From the NCBI GenBank assembly GCA_963677925.2, contig CAXXYH010000003.1:1056001-1120000 (forward strand): a DNA stretch of 64,000 nucleotides, in the 5' to 3' direction. Below, in pieces: positions 18,668 to 28,728 of the stretch. Origin of the DNA: Spirochaetia bacterium. Its GTDB lineage: Bacteria > Spirochaetota > Spirochaetia > UBA9216. A model generated the notes under the pieces. The model did no database searches. It was not told where the DNA came from and saw only the letters and a program-made list of their open reading frames with translations. Position 1 is the first letter of the stretch, and every line of letters starts with the position of its first letter. The position numbers were made by a program, and so were the translations under genes.

Positions 18668-19297
18668 ATGTCAGATAAATCAGAAAAAGAAAGCACCAGA
18701 GAACGGGTTATAGAAAAAGCAATTGAAATCTTTTCTCAGAAAGGCTACGACACTGCAAACCTCACGGATATTACCGAGGCTCTGGGAGTTACCAGAAGCC
18801 CGATTTATTATCATTTCAAGGACAAATACGGACTTTATCAAGCGGCATATCTGCGCTGGGAAGACGAATTCATATCTGCGATGGAGGTAATCCTCGGCAG
18901 CGAAAAGGACATTCTCAGCATATTCAGGGATATACTTGACTGCTGCATATGGTCCTATAAACGTTTCGCCCCGAACTTCTTTGTTGGACTGGAATCATCA
19001 CCCGATCTTGCAGAATTAAAACAGCGTTACTGTGTGCTTGTTGAGGATATTTTCAGCAGGGAAAAGGCAATCACCCAGGCCGCAATTGATAAGGGGGAAT
19101 TATGCAGCAACACAGATCCGGACCTTGTTGTCGGACTTCTCTTTGCCATTTATGACGGTCTCCGAATCGGGCTTGAAAGACCTGTTTCCGGCCTTAAAAG
19201 TTCTGATATTACCACTTTAATCGAGATTCAATTGTCCGGGATTAGAAATTATTTCTGTAATCCAGGCGATAAAAACGGACCGGGCGGCAAAACTTGA
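18668..19297 (+). CDS. TetR/AcrR-family regulator
   Basis: TRERVIEKAIEIFSQKGY...LGVTRSPIYYHFKDK HTH. Confidence 0.92.
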   Translation: MSDKSEKESTRERVIEKAIEIFSQKGYDTANLTDITEALGVTRSPIYYHFKDKYGLYQAAYLRWEDEFISAMEVILGSEKDILSIFRDILDCCIWSYKRFAPNFFVGLESSPDLAELKQRYCVLVEDIFSREKAITQAAIDKGELCSNTDPDLVVGLLFAIYDGLRIGLERPVSGLKSSDITTLIEIQLSGIRNYFCNPGDKNGPGGKT

Positions 19298-19347
19298 CGG
19301 CCTATATGGGCCGTGGTATAAATATTTAAGGTCAAAGAGCTTATTAA

Positions 19348-20262
19348 ATGAAAGACAGCCAGTCATTGTTCAGTGAAGTTTCTCTTAACGGCTACCAGGA
19401 CACCGGTGGTGCGGGCGTGCAGGATGACTGCGTAATAATAAAATCAGGGTTCAGACCTCTGATTGAAGATTTCCGAATGACTTTTGATGTAAGAATTTCA
19501 CTTTATTCGCCGTCGGATCATCTACTTCTTCAGAGTCCTGCAGGTGCCATGAATGATTTCTGCAAGGCTGTAGGTTCCACAGTATCGAACCCTAAAAAAT
19601 GTATTGCCCAGGTAACCAGGATGAGACATGTAGCTGCGGACAGGATGGTCCCGCTGTTTTTCACCTGTCATGCAGGAATGAGATACTGTATTTATCCTAT
19701 CGTATCGGGTACCCATCTTATTGCAGTTGCCGATATAGGTAATTTCCGTTCAGGAAATTCTCCAAGCAAAGAGGTGCTTGGAAAACTTCGCAAACAGCTT
19801 GATGATACCAATGAACTTGTAAATAAATTTGATTCACTTGCTAAATTTGACATTACAGCGGAGGAACGGCTGGCGCGGATGTTCAGCCTGGTAGCAGATT
19901 ATTCTGTAAATAAGGGGCTGATTGCATTGAGACTGAATCCGATATTCGAGAAGGTTGTCGAGTATATACGGGAACGGATAACCCTTCCAAAAATCGGCCT
20001 TGAAGATGTCGCCCATTACGTGCATCGCAGCCAGTCCACTGTTTCTCATGTAATAAAAAAAGAAGCCAATATGAGCTTCTCTCAGCTTGTAATAGAAGAA
20101 AAGCTTAAAGCAGCAGAAACCATGCTTGCAACTAATCCGGTCATAACTATCGGCGAGATAGCGGATGAACTTGGATATTCGGATCAGTTCTACTTTTCCA
20201 AGCTTTTCAAAAAATACAGAGGGGTTTCACCCAGCGAATATATGCGGGCTTTCTCGCATTAA
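19348..20262 (+). CDS. PocR-sensor-domain AraC-family regulator
   Basis: PocR-like Cys pattern (FC...C...FTCHAGM...PI) and C-terminal IADELGYSDQFYFSKLFKKYRGVSPSEY. Confidence 0.88.
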   Translation: MKDSQSLFSEVSLNGYQDTGGAGVQDDCVIIKSGFRPLIEDFRMTFDVRISLYSPSDHLLLQSPAGAMNDFCKAVGSTVSNPKKCIAQVTRMRHVAADRMVPLFFTCHAGMRYCIYPIVSGTHLIAVADIGNFRSGNSPSKEVLGKLRKQLDDTNELVNKFDSLAKFDITAEERLARMFSLVADYSVNKGLIALRLNPIFEKVVEYIRERITLPKIGLEDVAHYVHRSQSTVSHVIKKEANMSFSQLVIEEKLKAAETMLATNPVITIGEIADELGYSDQFYFSKLFKKYRGVSPSEYMRAFSH

Positions 20263-20274
20263 TATACAGAGCAT

Positions 20275-20312
20275 AAAAAAAGCCTGCATCATAATAGCTG
20301 CAGGCTTTTTTT
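20275..20312. terminator. Bidirectional intrinsic terminator
   Basis: A7-GCCTGCA...TGCAGGC-T7 between convergent genes. Confidence 0.85.
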
Positions 20313-20378
20313 GGAAATATCGAATCAGTACGATAGGATATCGAAATGACTGTAAGTCATATGATTAGAAATCAACGA

Positions 20379-21386
20379 TTAAAAATCGTACTGGTCGATG
20401 TTTTCAGGTGTGAAGATGAGGGGTCGGCCGTAAACGATCTCTCCATCTTCACCCACTGTAAACTCGCCGAGTTCACCGGCAGAAACCTTGGTTCCCGGAG
20501 TCTTGCTGAGTGTTCCGTCAAGAGCAGCTTTTGCTACATAAACTGACATGTAACCGAGCATTGCGGGATCCCAGATAAAGAAAGCTTTCTGTGAGCCGTC
20601 TTTAAGATATGATCTGATTGATGAAGGAAGTGCTACACCGGTTGCATATACCTGACCTTCCTTACCTGCACTCTTGATAGCACGTGCTGCAGCCGGAGCT
20701 GAAACTGCTGAAGAAGAGATGATAACTTTAAGGTCAGGATAAGCCTGCATGAGGTTCATTGCAACTTCAATACTTTTTGCTTCATCATCAGCGGCAAACT
20801 GAGTAGCTACAGGAGTAAACATCTTGTATTTATCTTCTGTTGCACAAAGTTCAGTCATAATGCGGATATGAGCCATGTGGTTGGGACTTGTAGGAGATGC
20901 AGCGATAAATGCGATTTCTCCGCCTTCAGGTGCATCAAGCAGAGCACAGTCAAGCATTGCCCGGGCAGCGCCTTCGTATGACATCTGGTTACAGAAATAG
21001 TCACGGGCATCTACAGCTGTATCAGCATCATAGGAAACAACAGTAATTCCCTGAGCCATTGCATTTTTCAGCGGGGGAGCAACTGCATTAAGGTCGATTG
21101 CTGAAACGATGATTGCGTCCGGTCGCTGGGAAACAATGTTCTCAAGTGACTGAACCTGAAGCTGGACATCTGCCTGCTCTGAACCTGTGTAAACAAAATC
21201 TACACCGAGTTCCTCTGCAGCTTTCTTTGCGCCGTCGGCACAAACCTCAAAGTAAGAAAGACCTGTAAACTTAGGGTTCATAAAGATTCTGTAAGTATCT
21301 GAACCTTTTGCTTCAGTCTGACCACCGGCAAAAACTGTTCCTGCAAGAACCAGCACCAGTGCGATCGCTATGATCGTTCTTTTCAT
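20379..21386 (-). CDS. Sugar ABC transporter substrate-binding protein (RhaS/LsrB-like)
   Basis: PKFTGLSYF, VVSYDAD and WDPAMLGY motifs; signal peptide ending FAGGQTE; GGAGG RBS before 21386. Confidence 0.88.
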   Translation of the reverse strand: MKRTIIAIALVLVLAGTVFAGGQTEAKGSDTYRIFMNPKFTGLSYFEVCADGAKKAAEELGVDFVYTGSEQADVQLQVQSLENIVSQRPDAIIVSAIDLNAVAPPLKNAMAQGITVVSYDADTAVDARDYFCNQMSYEGAARAMLDCALLDAPEGGEIAFIAASPTSPNHMAHIRIMTELCATEDKYKMFTPVATQFAADDEAKSIEVAMNLMQAYPDLKVIISSSAVSAPAAARAIKSAGKEGQVYATGVALPSSIRSYLKDGSQKAFFIWDPAMLGYMSVYVAKAALDGTLSKTPGTKVSAGELGEFTVGEDGEIVYGRPLIFTPENIDQYDF

Positions 21387-21452
21387 AGGAAACCTCCAAA
21401 ATTTTTTTATTGAGATATGGTCTTTAAAAAGCCGCATCTCATAAATACCTTT

Positions 21453-22439
21453 TTAATCTCCGAATCTCTTAAGAGATCCGGTAAAGTTGGAAACAAGGAC
21501 TGCGGAAACAAGCAGCAGACCGATTATCAGCTGCTGGATAGGACCTGCAATATTGGCAATTCCCATTCCGTTTCTTAATGTCCACAGAAAGAGTATTGAA
21601 GTCACGACTCCGAAAACATTACCCTTTCCGCCGTTAATATCCACACCGCCTAAAACAACCGAGGTAATAACGGCAAGAATTACTCCGTTGGCATTATCGC
21701 CTCTGGCTGAACCATACTGCCCGATGAATATCCAGGCACCCATTGCTGCAGTGAGACCGCCGACCATATAGGCAGCCATCTTTGTTTTTACAACTGATAT
21801 CCCGGAGTATGAAACGGCTGACGAATTATTTCCAATCGCAAAGATTCTACGACCGTAGGTTGTGTAGTGAAAAATCACAGCAAATACAGCAACAATCACA
21901 AAAAAGACAGGGAGCATCAGCGGCACGGCAAATGGACCAAGCGTCTTGCTGCCGAGAAACATGTATGTTGCATCAAAACCTGTATATCCCACTTCCGAGC
22001 CGATTATAAAAGCAAGACCGCGGTAAGCTCCCATGGTTCCCAAAGTTACCGCAAGTGAGGGAAGTCTGAGCTTTGCAACCAGGAATCCGTTTAATGCACC
22101 GAGACAGGCTGCAACTATAAAAATCATTGGTATTGCTGCGCCAAGCGGCATCTGTGCAGCCGAGGCCTTTGACAGAAGCACCGTGCATACCGCAAGTATG
22201 GATGGAAGTGAAAGATCCATTTCACCGGTTATTATTACTCCCATGAGGCCGAGGGCCATTATTCCGGTGAATACGAAGTTACGTGATGAATAAAGCAGCT
22301 GAAATGCATTCAGGTAGTAGGGAGACATTCTGCTGAACCAGAATACGGCGACAGCAATCAGTCCCCAGAGAATCAGCTCCCATCTGTAATGTTTAGCCCA
22401 TATTTTTAGTGAAAACATCTTCTTACTTCCTTTATTCAT
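21453..22439 (-). CDS. Sugar ABC transporter permease
   Basis: GEMDLS, LPSLAVTLGT and VVLGGVDINGGKG motifs. Confidence 0.92.
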   Translation of the reverse strand: MNKGSKKMFSLKIWAKHYRWELILWGLIAVAVFWFSRMSPYYLNAFQLLYSSRNFVFTGIMALGLMGVIITGEMDLSLPSILAVCTVLLSKASAAQMPLGAAIPMIFIVAACLGALNGFLVAKLRLPSLAVTLGTMGAYRGLAFIIGSEVGYTGFDATYMFLGSKTLGPFAVPLMLPVFFVIVAVFAVIFHYTTYGRRIFAIGNNSSAVSYSGISVVKTKMAAYMVGGLTAAMGAWIFIGQYGSARGDNANGVILAVITSVVLGGVDINGGKGNVFGVVTSILFLWTLRNGMGIANIAGPIQQLIIGLLLVSAVLVSNFTGSLKRFGD

Positions 22440-23460
22440 GTTTAAACATCTTCTGTATTCTTCTTTCAATTCCGGCATCAAGGGCAATCGCAACAACTAT
22501 TGCTGTACCCTGGATAAACATTCTCCAGAATTCCGGAGCACGGGCCAGAACCAGACCGTTATCTATAGAAGAAAGAATAAGAGCGCCGAAGAGGACTCCG
22601 AAAAGACTGCCGCTTCCGCCGGTGGTACTCACCCCGCCAAGAACTACTGCAGCCAGTGCCGTCATTTCCCAGTCACGCCCGAGGTTGACAGTAATGGTTC
22701 CGACCCTGGATATATAGAGGAAAGCTGCAAGACCGACCAGCGCGCCTGCGAAACTGTAGGCAAGCAGAATCACACGGTTTGCCCTGAGTCCGTAGAAGAT
22801 AGCGGCATCAGGATTTGAACCGATAGCATAGATCCTTCTGAACAGTGGGATGTTGCTCAGCAGATAACTGAGAACAATGACTATTGCTATTGCAATGAGA
22901 ACTATAAAGGGAATACCCAGTATCGTTGCGTCGGCACTTTTTATCATCCACTGGGGAAGATCGCCTGACGGGACTTCTACACCATGCCCGATGATGTATG
23001 TGATGCCGCGGAAAATGGAAAGCGTACCCAAAGTAGCAACAATCGATGGAACCCTTCCGTAGGCAACAATCAGACCGTTGATAATTCCCATAGCCAGACC
23101 AATCAGTACCGCAAAAAGAATGATGATGATACCGGAATGAGGAAAGGCCTGGGCAAGCTTTGCTGCAGCATAACCGGCGAGGCCGATTATTGACCCGACC
23201 GAAACATCAAGGTTTCTTGTCAGAACAACAAGAGCCTCTGCGCAGGCAATTATCGTCAGAAGCGCTGCATTGAATGCAATAATCTTCATGTTCTGGAGTG
23301 TAAAAAAGTTGTCTGTGGTAAAACCGAAAATGGCTATAACAATCAAAAAAGAAAGAAATACCGATACAACACGAAGACGCAGAGTGTTTCGTGATATATT
23401 TGATGCAATATTTGATCTGAGACCGGGTTTTCCGGATGTCTGTGTATCTTTGATGCCCAT
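22432..23460 (-). CDS. Sugar ABC transporter permease
   Basis: TRNLDVSVGS, VPSIVATLGT and AAVVLGGVSTTGGSG motifs. Confidence 0.92.
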   Translation of the reverse strand: MGIKDTQTSGKPGLRSNIASNISRNTLRLRVVSVFLSFLIVIAIFGFTTDNFFTLQNMKIIAFNAALLTIIACAEALVVLTRNLDVSVGSIIGLAGYAAAKLAQAFPHSGIIIILFAVLIGLAMGIINGLIVAYGRVPSIVATLGTLSIFRGITYIIGHGVEVPSGDLPQWMIKSADATILGIPFIVLIAIAIVIVLSYLLSNIPLFRRIYAIGSNPDAAIFYGLRANRVILLAYSFAGALVGLAAFLYISRVGTITVNLGRDWEMTALAAVVLGGVSTTGGSGSLFGVLFGALILSSIDNGLVLARAPEFWRMFIQGTAIVVAIALDAGIERRIQKMFKHE

Positions 23461-24977
23461 TATTCATCCCCTCCGGCTGAAATATTACTGCTTCCAAGTG
23501 AAGCGGCTTCCATTATTTTTTCCTGGGTAGCCTCTTCCTTTGAAAACTCGGCAACTATCTTTCCGTTGGCTACAACAAGAACCCTGTCCGACATTCCAAG
23601 GATTTCCGGTAGATCGGATGATATAAGAAGTACCGGATATCCCGCTGAGGCGAGTTCGGAAACACGCTGGTGCACCTGAGATTTAGTGCCTACATCAATG
23701 CCGTGGGTAGGTTCATCAAGAATTAGAACCTTCGGCACAGTAGCCATCCACTTGGCAAGTACAACCTTCTGTCGGTTCCCGCCTGAAAGGCTTGAAACAG
23801 GAGCCGCCAGTCCGGCGGTTTTTATCTCAAAATCCTCTGCGTAGCGTCCGGCAAAATCCTCTTCCTTATCGCGTTTTGTAAATCCGGCCTTTGCAACCCT
23901 CTTAAATGCAGCAATGCAGATATTATCCGAAACACCCAATGAGGTAATTGCACCGTTAAGATCGCGATCTTCGGGAATATATGCAATACCAAGATCCATC
24001 ATCTGCTTCGGAGTCCTTGGAACAGCCTCGGTCCCGTGAACTGTAACACTGCCTGATGTAGGCTTGCGGATACCGAATATTGTTTCAGCAATCTCTGTTC
24101 TGCCTGCTCCGATAAGTCCGGCCATACCTACAACCTCACCGCCCTTTATGGAAAAGTTAACATCGCTGAAAACTCCGTCAAGCGAAAGATTGTTTACTTC
24201 AAACAGAGGTTCATCGGTTACAGGAGCTTCAACCCTTACAAATAGTGAGGAGAGATCGCGGCCTACCATCAGCTGAACCATATCGTGCTCACTCAAATCC
24301 TGAGCAGGACCGGTATGAATATGCTCACCGTCACGCAGAACCGTGACCGAGTCGCAGACTTCACGTATTTCCTGCAGTCTGTGTGAAATAAAAACTACCG
24401 AAACGCCCTTCTCTGTCAGAGAGCGTACGATTTTAAAGAATCTGTCCGCTTCTGTCGGAGTTAACGATGCAGTAGGCTCATCAAGGAAAAGAACCTTTAA
24501 ATCCGCATACATTGCTCTGACTATCTCCACAAACTGTATTTCCGCTACGGTCTTTCCCGCAAGCGGAGAGTGCGGATCAATATCAACACCCAGTTCCCGG
24601 AGGCTTTTTCCCGCCTCCCTGTACATCACTGCCTTATCTATCATACCTGATTTTGTTCGAGGATAGATGCCCATGAAAATATTTTCAGCCACATCGAGAT
24701 GCGGAAAAAGTTTAGGGTCCTGATATACTGCTGTAATACCCGCACGACGGGCATCGATGGGAGTTTCAAAACGGCATGGAACACCATCCAGGAGTATTTC
24801 TCCTGTGTCAGGCTGCTGCATACCTGTGATCATTTTTACAAGCGTCGATTTGCCGGCTCCATTCTCACCGATAAGGGCATGCGCCGAGCCGGGAGCAACA
24901 GAGAATGAGACATTCCTGACAGCTTTAACCGGGCCGAAACTTTTGCTCACCCCGTTCAGTGTCAATCTGCTTTCCAT
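23460..24977 (-). CDS. Sugar ABC transporter ATP-binding protein (CUT2, two NBDs)
   Basis: GENGAGKST, LDEPTASL, LSGGNRQKV and DEPTHGIDVG. Confidence 0.94.
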   Translation of the reverse strand: MESRLTLNGVSKSFGPVKAVRNVSFSVAPGSAHALIGENGAGKSTLVKMITGMQQPDTGEILLDGVPCRFETPIDARRAGITAVYQDPKLFPHLDVAENIFMGIYPRTKSGMIDKAVMYREAGKSLRELGVDIDPHSPLAGKTVAEIQFVEIVRAMYADLKVLFLDEPTASLTPTEADRFFKIVRSLTEKGVSVVFISHRLQEIREVCDSVTVLRDGEHIHTGPAQDLSEHDMVQLMVGRDLSSLFVRVEAPVTDEPLFEVNNLSLDGVFSDVNFSIKGGEVVGMAGLIGAGRTEIAETIFGIRKPTSGSVTVHGTEAVPRTPKQMMDLGIAYIPEDRDLNGAITSLGVSDNICIAAFKRVAKAGFTKRDKEEDFAGRYAEDFEIKTAGLAAPVSSLSGGNRQKVVLAKWMATVPKVLILDEPTHGIDVGTKSQVHQRVSELASAGYPVLLISSDLPEILGMSDRVLVVANGKIVAEFSKEEATQEKIMEAASLGSSNISAGGDE

Positions 24978-25048
24978 AAACCATCCTGTGTCTTTCTTAC
25001 TGTTAATTACATAAATATTTTCACACGGGATCCGGCAGAAGTACATGT

Positions 25049-25100
25049 AGTCAATCTGCAATTTTTATGGACTATTCTGCAGTTTATGGACAAATTTGCA
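25049..25100 (-). promoter_or_regulatory. Tandem repeats (about 20-bp period) next to a TTGACT -35; putative AraC-type activator site
   Basis: TGCA at 25057, 25078 and 25097; ATGGAC at 25067 and 25086; minus-strand TTGACT at 25054-25049. Confidence 0.5.
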
Positions 25101-25121
25101 CTTTTTTGATGTTGGAGAGCT

Positions 25122-25155
25122 TAAAAAAAGCCTGCTGAATATTTTTCAGCAGGCT
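25122..25155 (-). terminator. Intrinsic terminator after the MCP gene
   Basis: AGCCTGCTGAA...TTCAGCAGGCT with an A7 tract; 32/34 identical to 27092-27125. Confidence 0.85.
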
Positions 25156-25174
25156 GTGTTATTTGTTCGGATTT

Positions 25175-27034
25175 TTATTCATTCTTCACTTTAAAAAATG
25201 ATATAACATCCTTCATAGTTTCAGCCTGGGAACTAAGCTCTTCCGCCATTGATGCCATCTTCTCTGAAATTGAAGCATTACCCTGAATTACCTTGTTCAG
25301 CTCAAGAATTCCCCGGTTTACCTGCTCTGCCCCTGTATTCTGTTCTGAGCCGGCATGAAAGATTTCCTGAACGAGGTCCGAAGTTTTTGTAATATCCGGA
25401 ACAAGCTTCTCTATCAGCTCTCCGGCTTTTCTGGCCCTGCCTACACTCGACATAGAAATTTCAGAGATTTCTGTTGAGGCCTCCTGGCTTCTGCCTGCAA
25501 GCTTTCTTACTTCATCAGCAACCACTGCAAAGCCCTTTCCTGATTCTCCGGCTCTTGCCGCTTCAATTGCAGCATTAAGAGCAAGCAGATTTGTATTCCG
25601 GGCAATCTCCTCGATAATCGTAATCTTCTCAGTTATCGTGTTCATTGCATCAACCATTTCTGAAACCGCAGAACCGCCTTCCGATGCATCAGCTGCGGCT
25701 TTGGAAGCGATCTTATTTGAGTGGCTTGCATTTTCAGTATTCTGTTCAATATTTGCAACAAGCTGCTCCATACTGGCTGAAATTTCCTCAGTGCTTGCCG
25801 CCTGTTCACTGGATCCGGCAGACAGAGCCTGCGCGGTATCACTGATTTCGGAACTTCCGCTTGTAACTTCATTCGCGGCAATTGTTATCTGCAGAATTGT
25901 CTGATTTATATTTGCCGTCATTTTAAAAAGAGATTCAGCAAGCAGCCCGATTTCATCTTTTCTTTTTATCAGTTTTGAGTCAATTTCGACATCAAGATAT
26001 CCTTCTGAAATTCTGGCGATTTCACTTGAAATGATGGAGACGGGACTGGAGATACTTCTGCCCAAAAAGACACTGACGATAAGGAATATCACAAGTGATG
26101 CTATAAAAACTATAATAAATCTGCGTACAAGCGCCCTTATTCCTGAATTAAGTTCTGTCATTGACGGAACCGCCAGAAGGATCCACCCTGTTGAAAGTTT
26201 TGAAAAACCAATAACCTGATCGCCTGAGTATATAACACCATCCCGCATTCCATCATCCAAAAGGATCTGTTTATTTATTTCAAAATCTTCGGAATAAATA
26301 TCAGAAAAATCCTTTCCTTCTAATTCATTTTCAGGATGACCGATAAAAAGGAGATCTGTATTAAGAAGAGCAAAATATCCTTCATTCTGAAAACTCTGCG
26401 AGAGAAGCTGGTCTTTAAGTTGACCAATATAACTGTCGGTTCCGACAACACCTACAGTACGTCCTTCAATTTCAACTGCACGGCAGATCGAAACTATAAA
26501 AGAATTGAATTCTTCCCAGTAATAGGGATCGGTTATATAAGTGCCTAACTCTTCTGTCTTATAAAACCATTTCCAGTCATCATTTATGATATCCTGCCGC
26601 GTATAAGTGGAATCAGTATTAAAAGTCAGATTTCCATCATTCTTTAAATCTCTGATTGAAAGGATTTGTTTCGAGCCTGTATATTCAGGAGCCAGCCAGG
26701 TATACAGCGTCGTAAGCTTATTACCAGTCAGGATAGGGCTGCCGATTCCTTTCATTTTATCAACAAAATCGGCAAAAAGCTCATCATCTCCAATATTTTC
26801 GAAATTCAGGTTTGCCTCAATTATCGCCTTATAACTGTCTACAATAGCAAGCTGCTGCGAAAAAAAGCTCTCAAACTCCGTCGCCCATAAATCGGTAGAG
26901 GTTATCAGCATTTCCCTTGTGCTTGAGTTAAGTGAACTAGTTGAGCTGCTGATGGTTATGATCACAAACACTGAAATTATAATAATAAACGGTATTGTTA
27001 TTGAAAAAATAATACGGTAAACCATTCGTTTCAT
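25175..27034 (-). CDS. Methyl-accepting chemotaxis protein (TM-dCache-TM-HAMP-MA)
   Basis: WF...TDPY Cache motif, [13 protein letters not shown], and [33 protein letters not shown]. Confidence 0.96.
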   Translation of the reverse strand: MKRMVYRIIFSITIPFIIIISVFVIITISSSTSSLNSSTREMLITSTDLWATEFESFFSQQLAIVDSYKAIIEANLNFENIGDDELFADFVDKMKGIGSPILTGNKLTTLYTWLAPEYTGSKQILSIRDLKNDGNLTFNTDSTYTRQDIINDDWKWFYKTEELGTYITDPYYWEEFNSFIVSICRAVEIEGRTVGVVGTDSYIGQLKDQLLSQSFQNEGYFALLNTDLLFIGHPENELEGKDFSDIYSEDFEINKQILLDDGMRDGVIYSGDQVIGFSKLSTGWILLAVPSMTELNSGIRALVRRFIIVFIASLVIFLIVSVFLGRSISSPVSIISSEIARISEGYLDVEIDSKLIKRKDEIGLLAESLFKMTANINQTILQITIAANEVTSGSSEISDTAQALSAGSSEQAASTEEISASMEQLVANIEQNTENASHSNKIASKAAADASEGGSAVSEMVDAMNTITEKITIIEEIARNTNLLALNAAIEAARAGESGKGFAVVADEVRKLAGRSQEASTEISEISMSSVGRARKAGELIEKLVPDITKTSDLVQEIFHAGSEQNTGAEQVNRGILELNKVIQGNASISEKMASMAEELSSQAETMKDVISFFKVKNE

Positions 27035-27090
27035 GACTTGCCCTCCATATAAAAATATTCGTATATGAAGAAGGCAAAATCAATCTAACA

Positions 27091-27133
27091 ATAAAAAAAG
27101 CCTGCTGAAAATATTTCAGCAGGCTTTTTTTAT
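27091..27133 (-). terminator. Intrinsic terminator of the BMC operon
   Basis: Perfect 20-bp arms ATAAAAAAAGCCTGCTGAAA / TTTCAGCAGGCTTTTTTTAT. Confidence 0.88.
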
Positions 27134-27151
27134 TTATTCAGTTTTGGAGAT

Positions 27152-27949
27152 TTAATATCCTGATTCTATGGTCTGTCCCTGCACTATTTTCACCCCGCCG
27201 CTTGTTCCAAGCCTGGTTGCTCCGGCGTTGATCATAGCAACTGCATCATCAAAGGTCCGGACTCCGCCGGCAGCCTTTACTCCCATATCAGGACCGACAG
27301 TCCTTCTCATAAGAGCGACATGCTCGGGAGTTGCACCGTGAGTTGAAAATCCGGTTGAAGTCTTTACAAAGTCAGCCCCGGCTTTTTTAGTAATTTCTGA
27401 AGCAAGAACAATTTCCTCGGTTGTAAGCAGGGCTGTTTCAATAATAACCTTCAGCAGGGCACGCTGTCCGCAGGCGCGTCTTACCCATTTGATATCCTCT
27501 TCAACAAGTTTCAGATCACGGTCTTTCATGGCTCCGATATTCATAACCATATCAATCTCGGTGGCTCCGTCTTCAATGGCATGCCTTGTCTCAAAGTTTT
27601 TAGCTCTTGAGCTCATGGCGCCAAGCGGAAAACCGACAACACAGCAGACTTTAACATCAGTACCCTGAAGATTTTTCGCACAGCGGGCTACCCAGGTAGT
27701 ATTAACACATACCGAGCAGAAGTTGTACTGTTTTGCCTCAGCACAGAGTTTATCAATCTGTTCAGCAGTTGCATCAGCTTTAAGCAGGGTGTGATCAATA
27801 TATTTAGCGATGTCAGAAGGAATTAATACCTTGCTGCTCTCCGACGGGGCTGCTGCCGCAGACTGCGGAGCCAAAGCGGTTGCGCCTTCGTTTTTAAGTT
27901 TCTCTACTATCTCTCTGGTTATTTTATCGATTAGTTCTTTGTCGTCCAT
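27152..27949 (-). CDS. deoC: Deoxyribose-phosphate aldolase with N-terminal encapsulation peptide
   Basis: [32 protein letters not shown] and VKAAGGVR. Extra N-terminal amphipathic helix [19 protein letters not shown] plus an Ala/Pro/Ser linker. Confidence 0.93.
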   Translation of the reverse strand: MDDKELIDKITREIVEKLKNEGATALAPQSAAAAPSESSKVLIPSDIAKYIDHTLLKADATAEQIDKLCAEAKQYNFCSVCVNTTWVARCAKNLQGTDVKVCCVVGFPLGAMSSRAKNFETRHAIEDGATEIDMVMNIGAMKDRDLKLVEEDIKWVRRACGQRALLKVIIETALLTTEEIVLASEITKKAGADFVKTSTGFSTHGATPEHVALMRRTVGPDMGVKAAGGVRTFDDAVAMINAGATRLGTSGGVKIVQGQTIESGY

Positions 27950-27952
27950 GAG

Positions 27953-28447
27953 TTAACCATTACCTCTCTCTATTGCCATTATTTTATTGATTCTGGGCCA
28001 GTGTCTTCCGCCCTCAAACCTTGTCTCAAGCCATACCTTGCACATCTCACACAGCTCTTCCGGGCTGTGCAGAGGACCTCCAAGGGTCAGCACGTTTGCA
28101 TTGTTATGCACCCTGCTGTTTTCTATTGTACGCATGTTATAGCATAAGGCGGCTCTGATTCCCTTCACCTTGTTGCAGGCCATGGAGGAGCCTATTCCCG
28201 CTCCGTCTATCATAATACCGCGCTCGGCTTCCCCGCTGGCAACGCTCTTTGCCACCTTAAGTGCGTAGTCGGGATAGTCTACACTATCTGTTGAATATGT
28301 TCCAACATCTATGACCCTGTACCCGAGAACTTCAAGATATTTTTTCAGGATTTCTTTTGACATATATCCGCCGTGATCTCCGCCTATTGCGACACGGGAC
28401 ACATTCTCTTTCCTGTTTGCAGCTGTAAAATCTGTTTCACCGTACAT
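27953..28447 (-). CDS. rpiB: RpiB/LacAB-family sugar-phosphate isomerase
   Basis: GGDHGG, VDYPDYA, NKVKGIRAA, HNNANVL and FEGGRH; DGAGIG replaces the usual CGTGIG. Confidence 0.9.
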   Translation of the reverse strand: MYGETDFTAANRKENVSRVAIGGDHGGYMSKEILKKYLEVLGYRVIDVGTYSTDSVDYPDYALKVAKSVASGEAERGIMIDGAGIGSSMACNKVKGIRAALCYNMRTIENSRVHNNANVLTLGGPLHSPEELCEMCKVWLETRFEGGRHWPRINKIMAIERGNG

Positions 28448-28728
28448 TACTTACCTTCTTTTACCATATCTACGCGATCTACGATTGCCGCTGTTACAGT
28501 CCTGATAGGCTGAGAGCTCATCCCGAGCATAATACCCGCTGATCCGCCTTCATCTATAATCAAAACTGTATCACCCGCTCCGGCCTGAACAGTGTCAACA
28601 GCAACAATTTCCTTACCAATGATATTTCCTTCAGGGTCAATCTGCCTGAGAATCAGAAGCTTCTGACTTTCAAGTTTCCTGCTTTTCTGGGTTGAAACAA
28701 CCGTGCCGGTAACCTTTGCAAGTATCAT
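28447..28728 (-). CDS. BMC vertex pentamer (BMC-P, EutN/CcmL family)
   Basis: MILAKVTGTVVSTQK...VAVDTVQAGAGDTVL...AIVD. Confidence 0.93.
   Translation of the reverse strand: MILAKVTGTVVSTQKSRKLESQKLLILRQIDPEGNIIGKEIVAVDTVQAGAGDTVLIIDEGGSAGIMLGMSSQPIRTVTAAIVDRVDMVKEGK

Noticed and set aside
20379-24977. lsr AI-2 or rha operon
   Set aside because: Only the transporter is present; no lsrK/F/G/R or rhaA/B/D.
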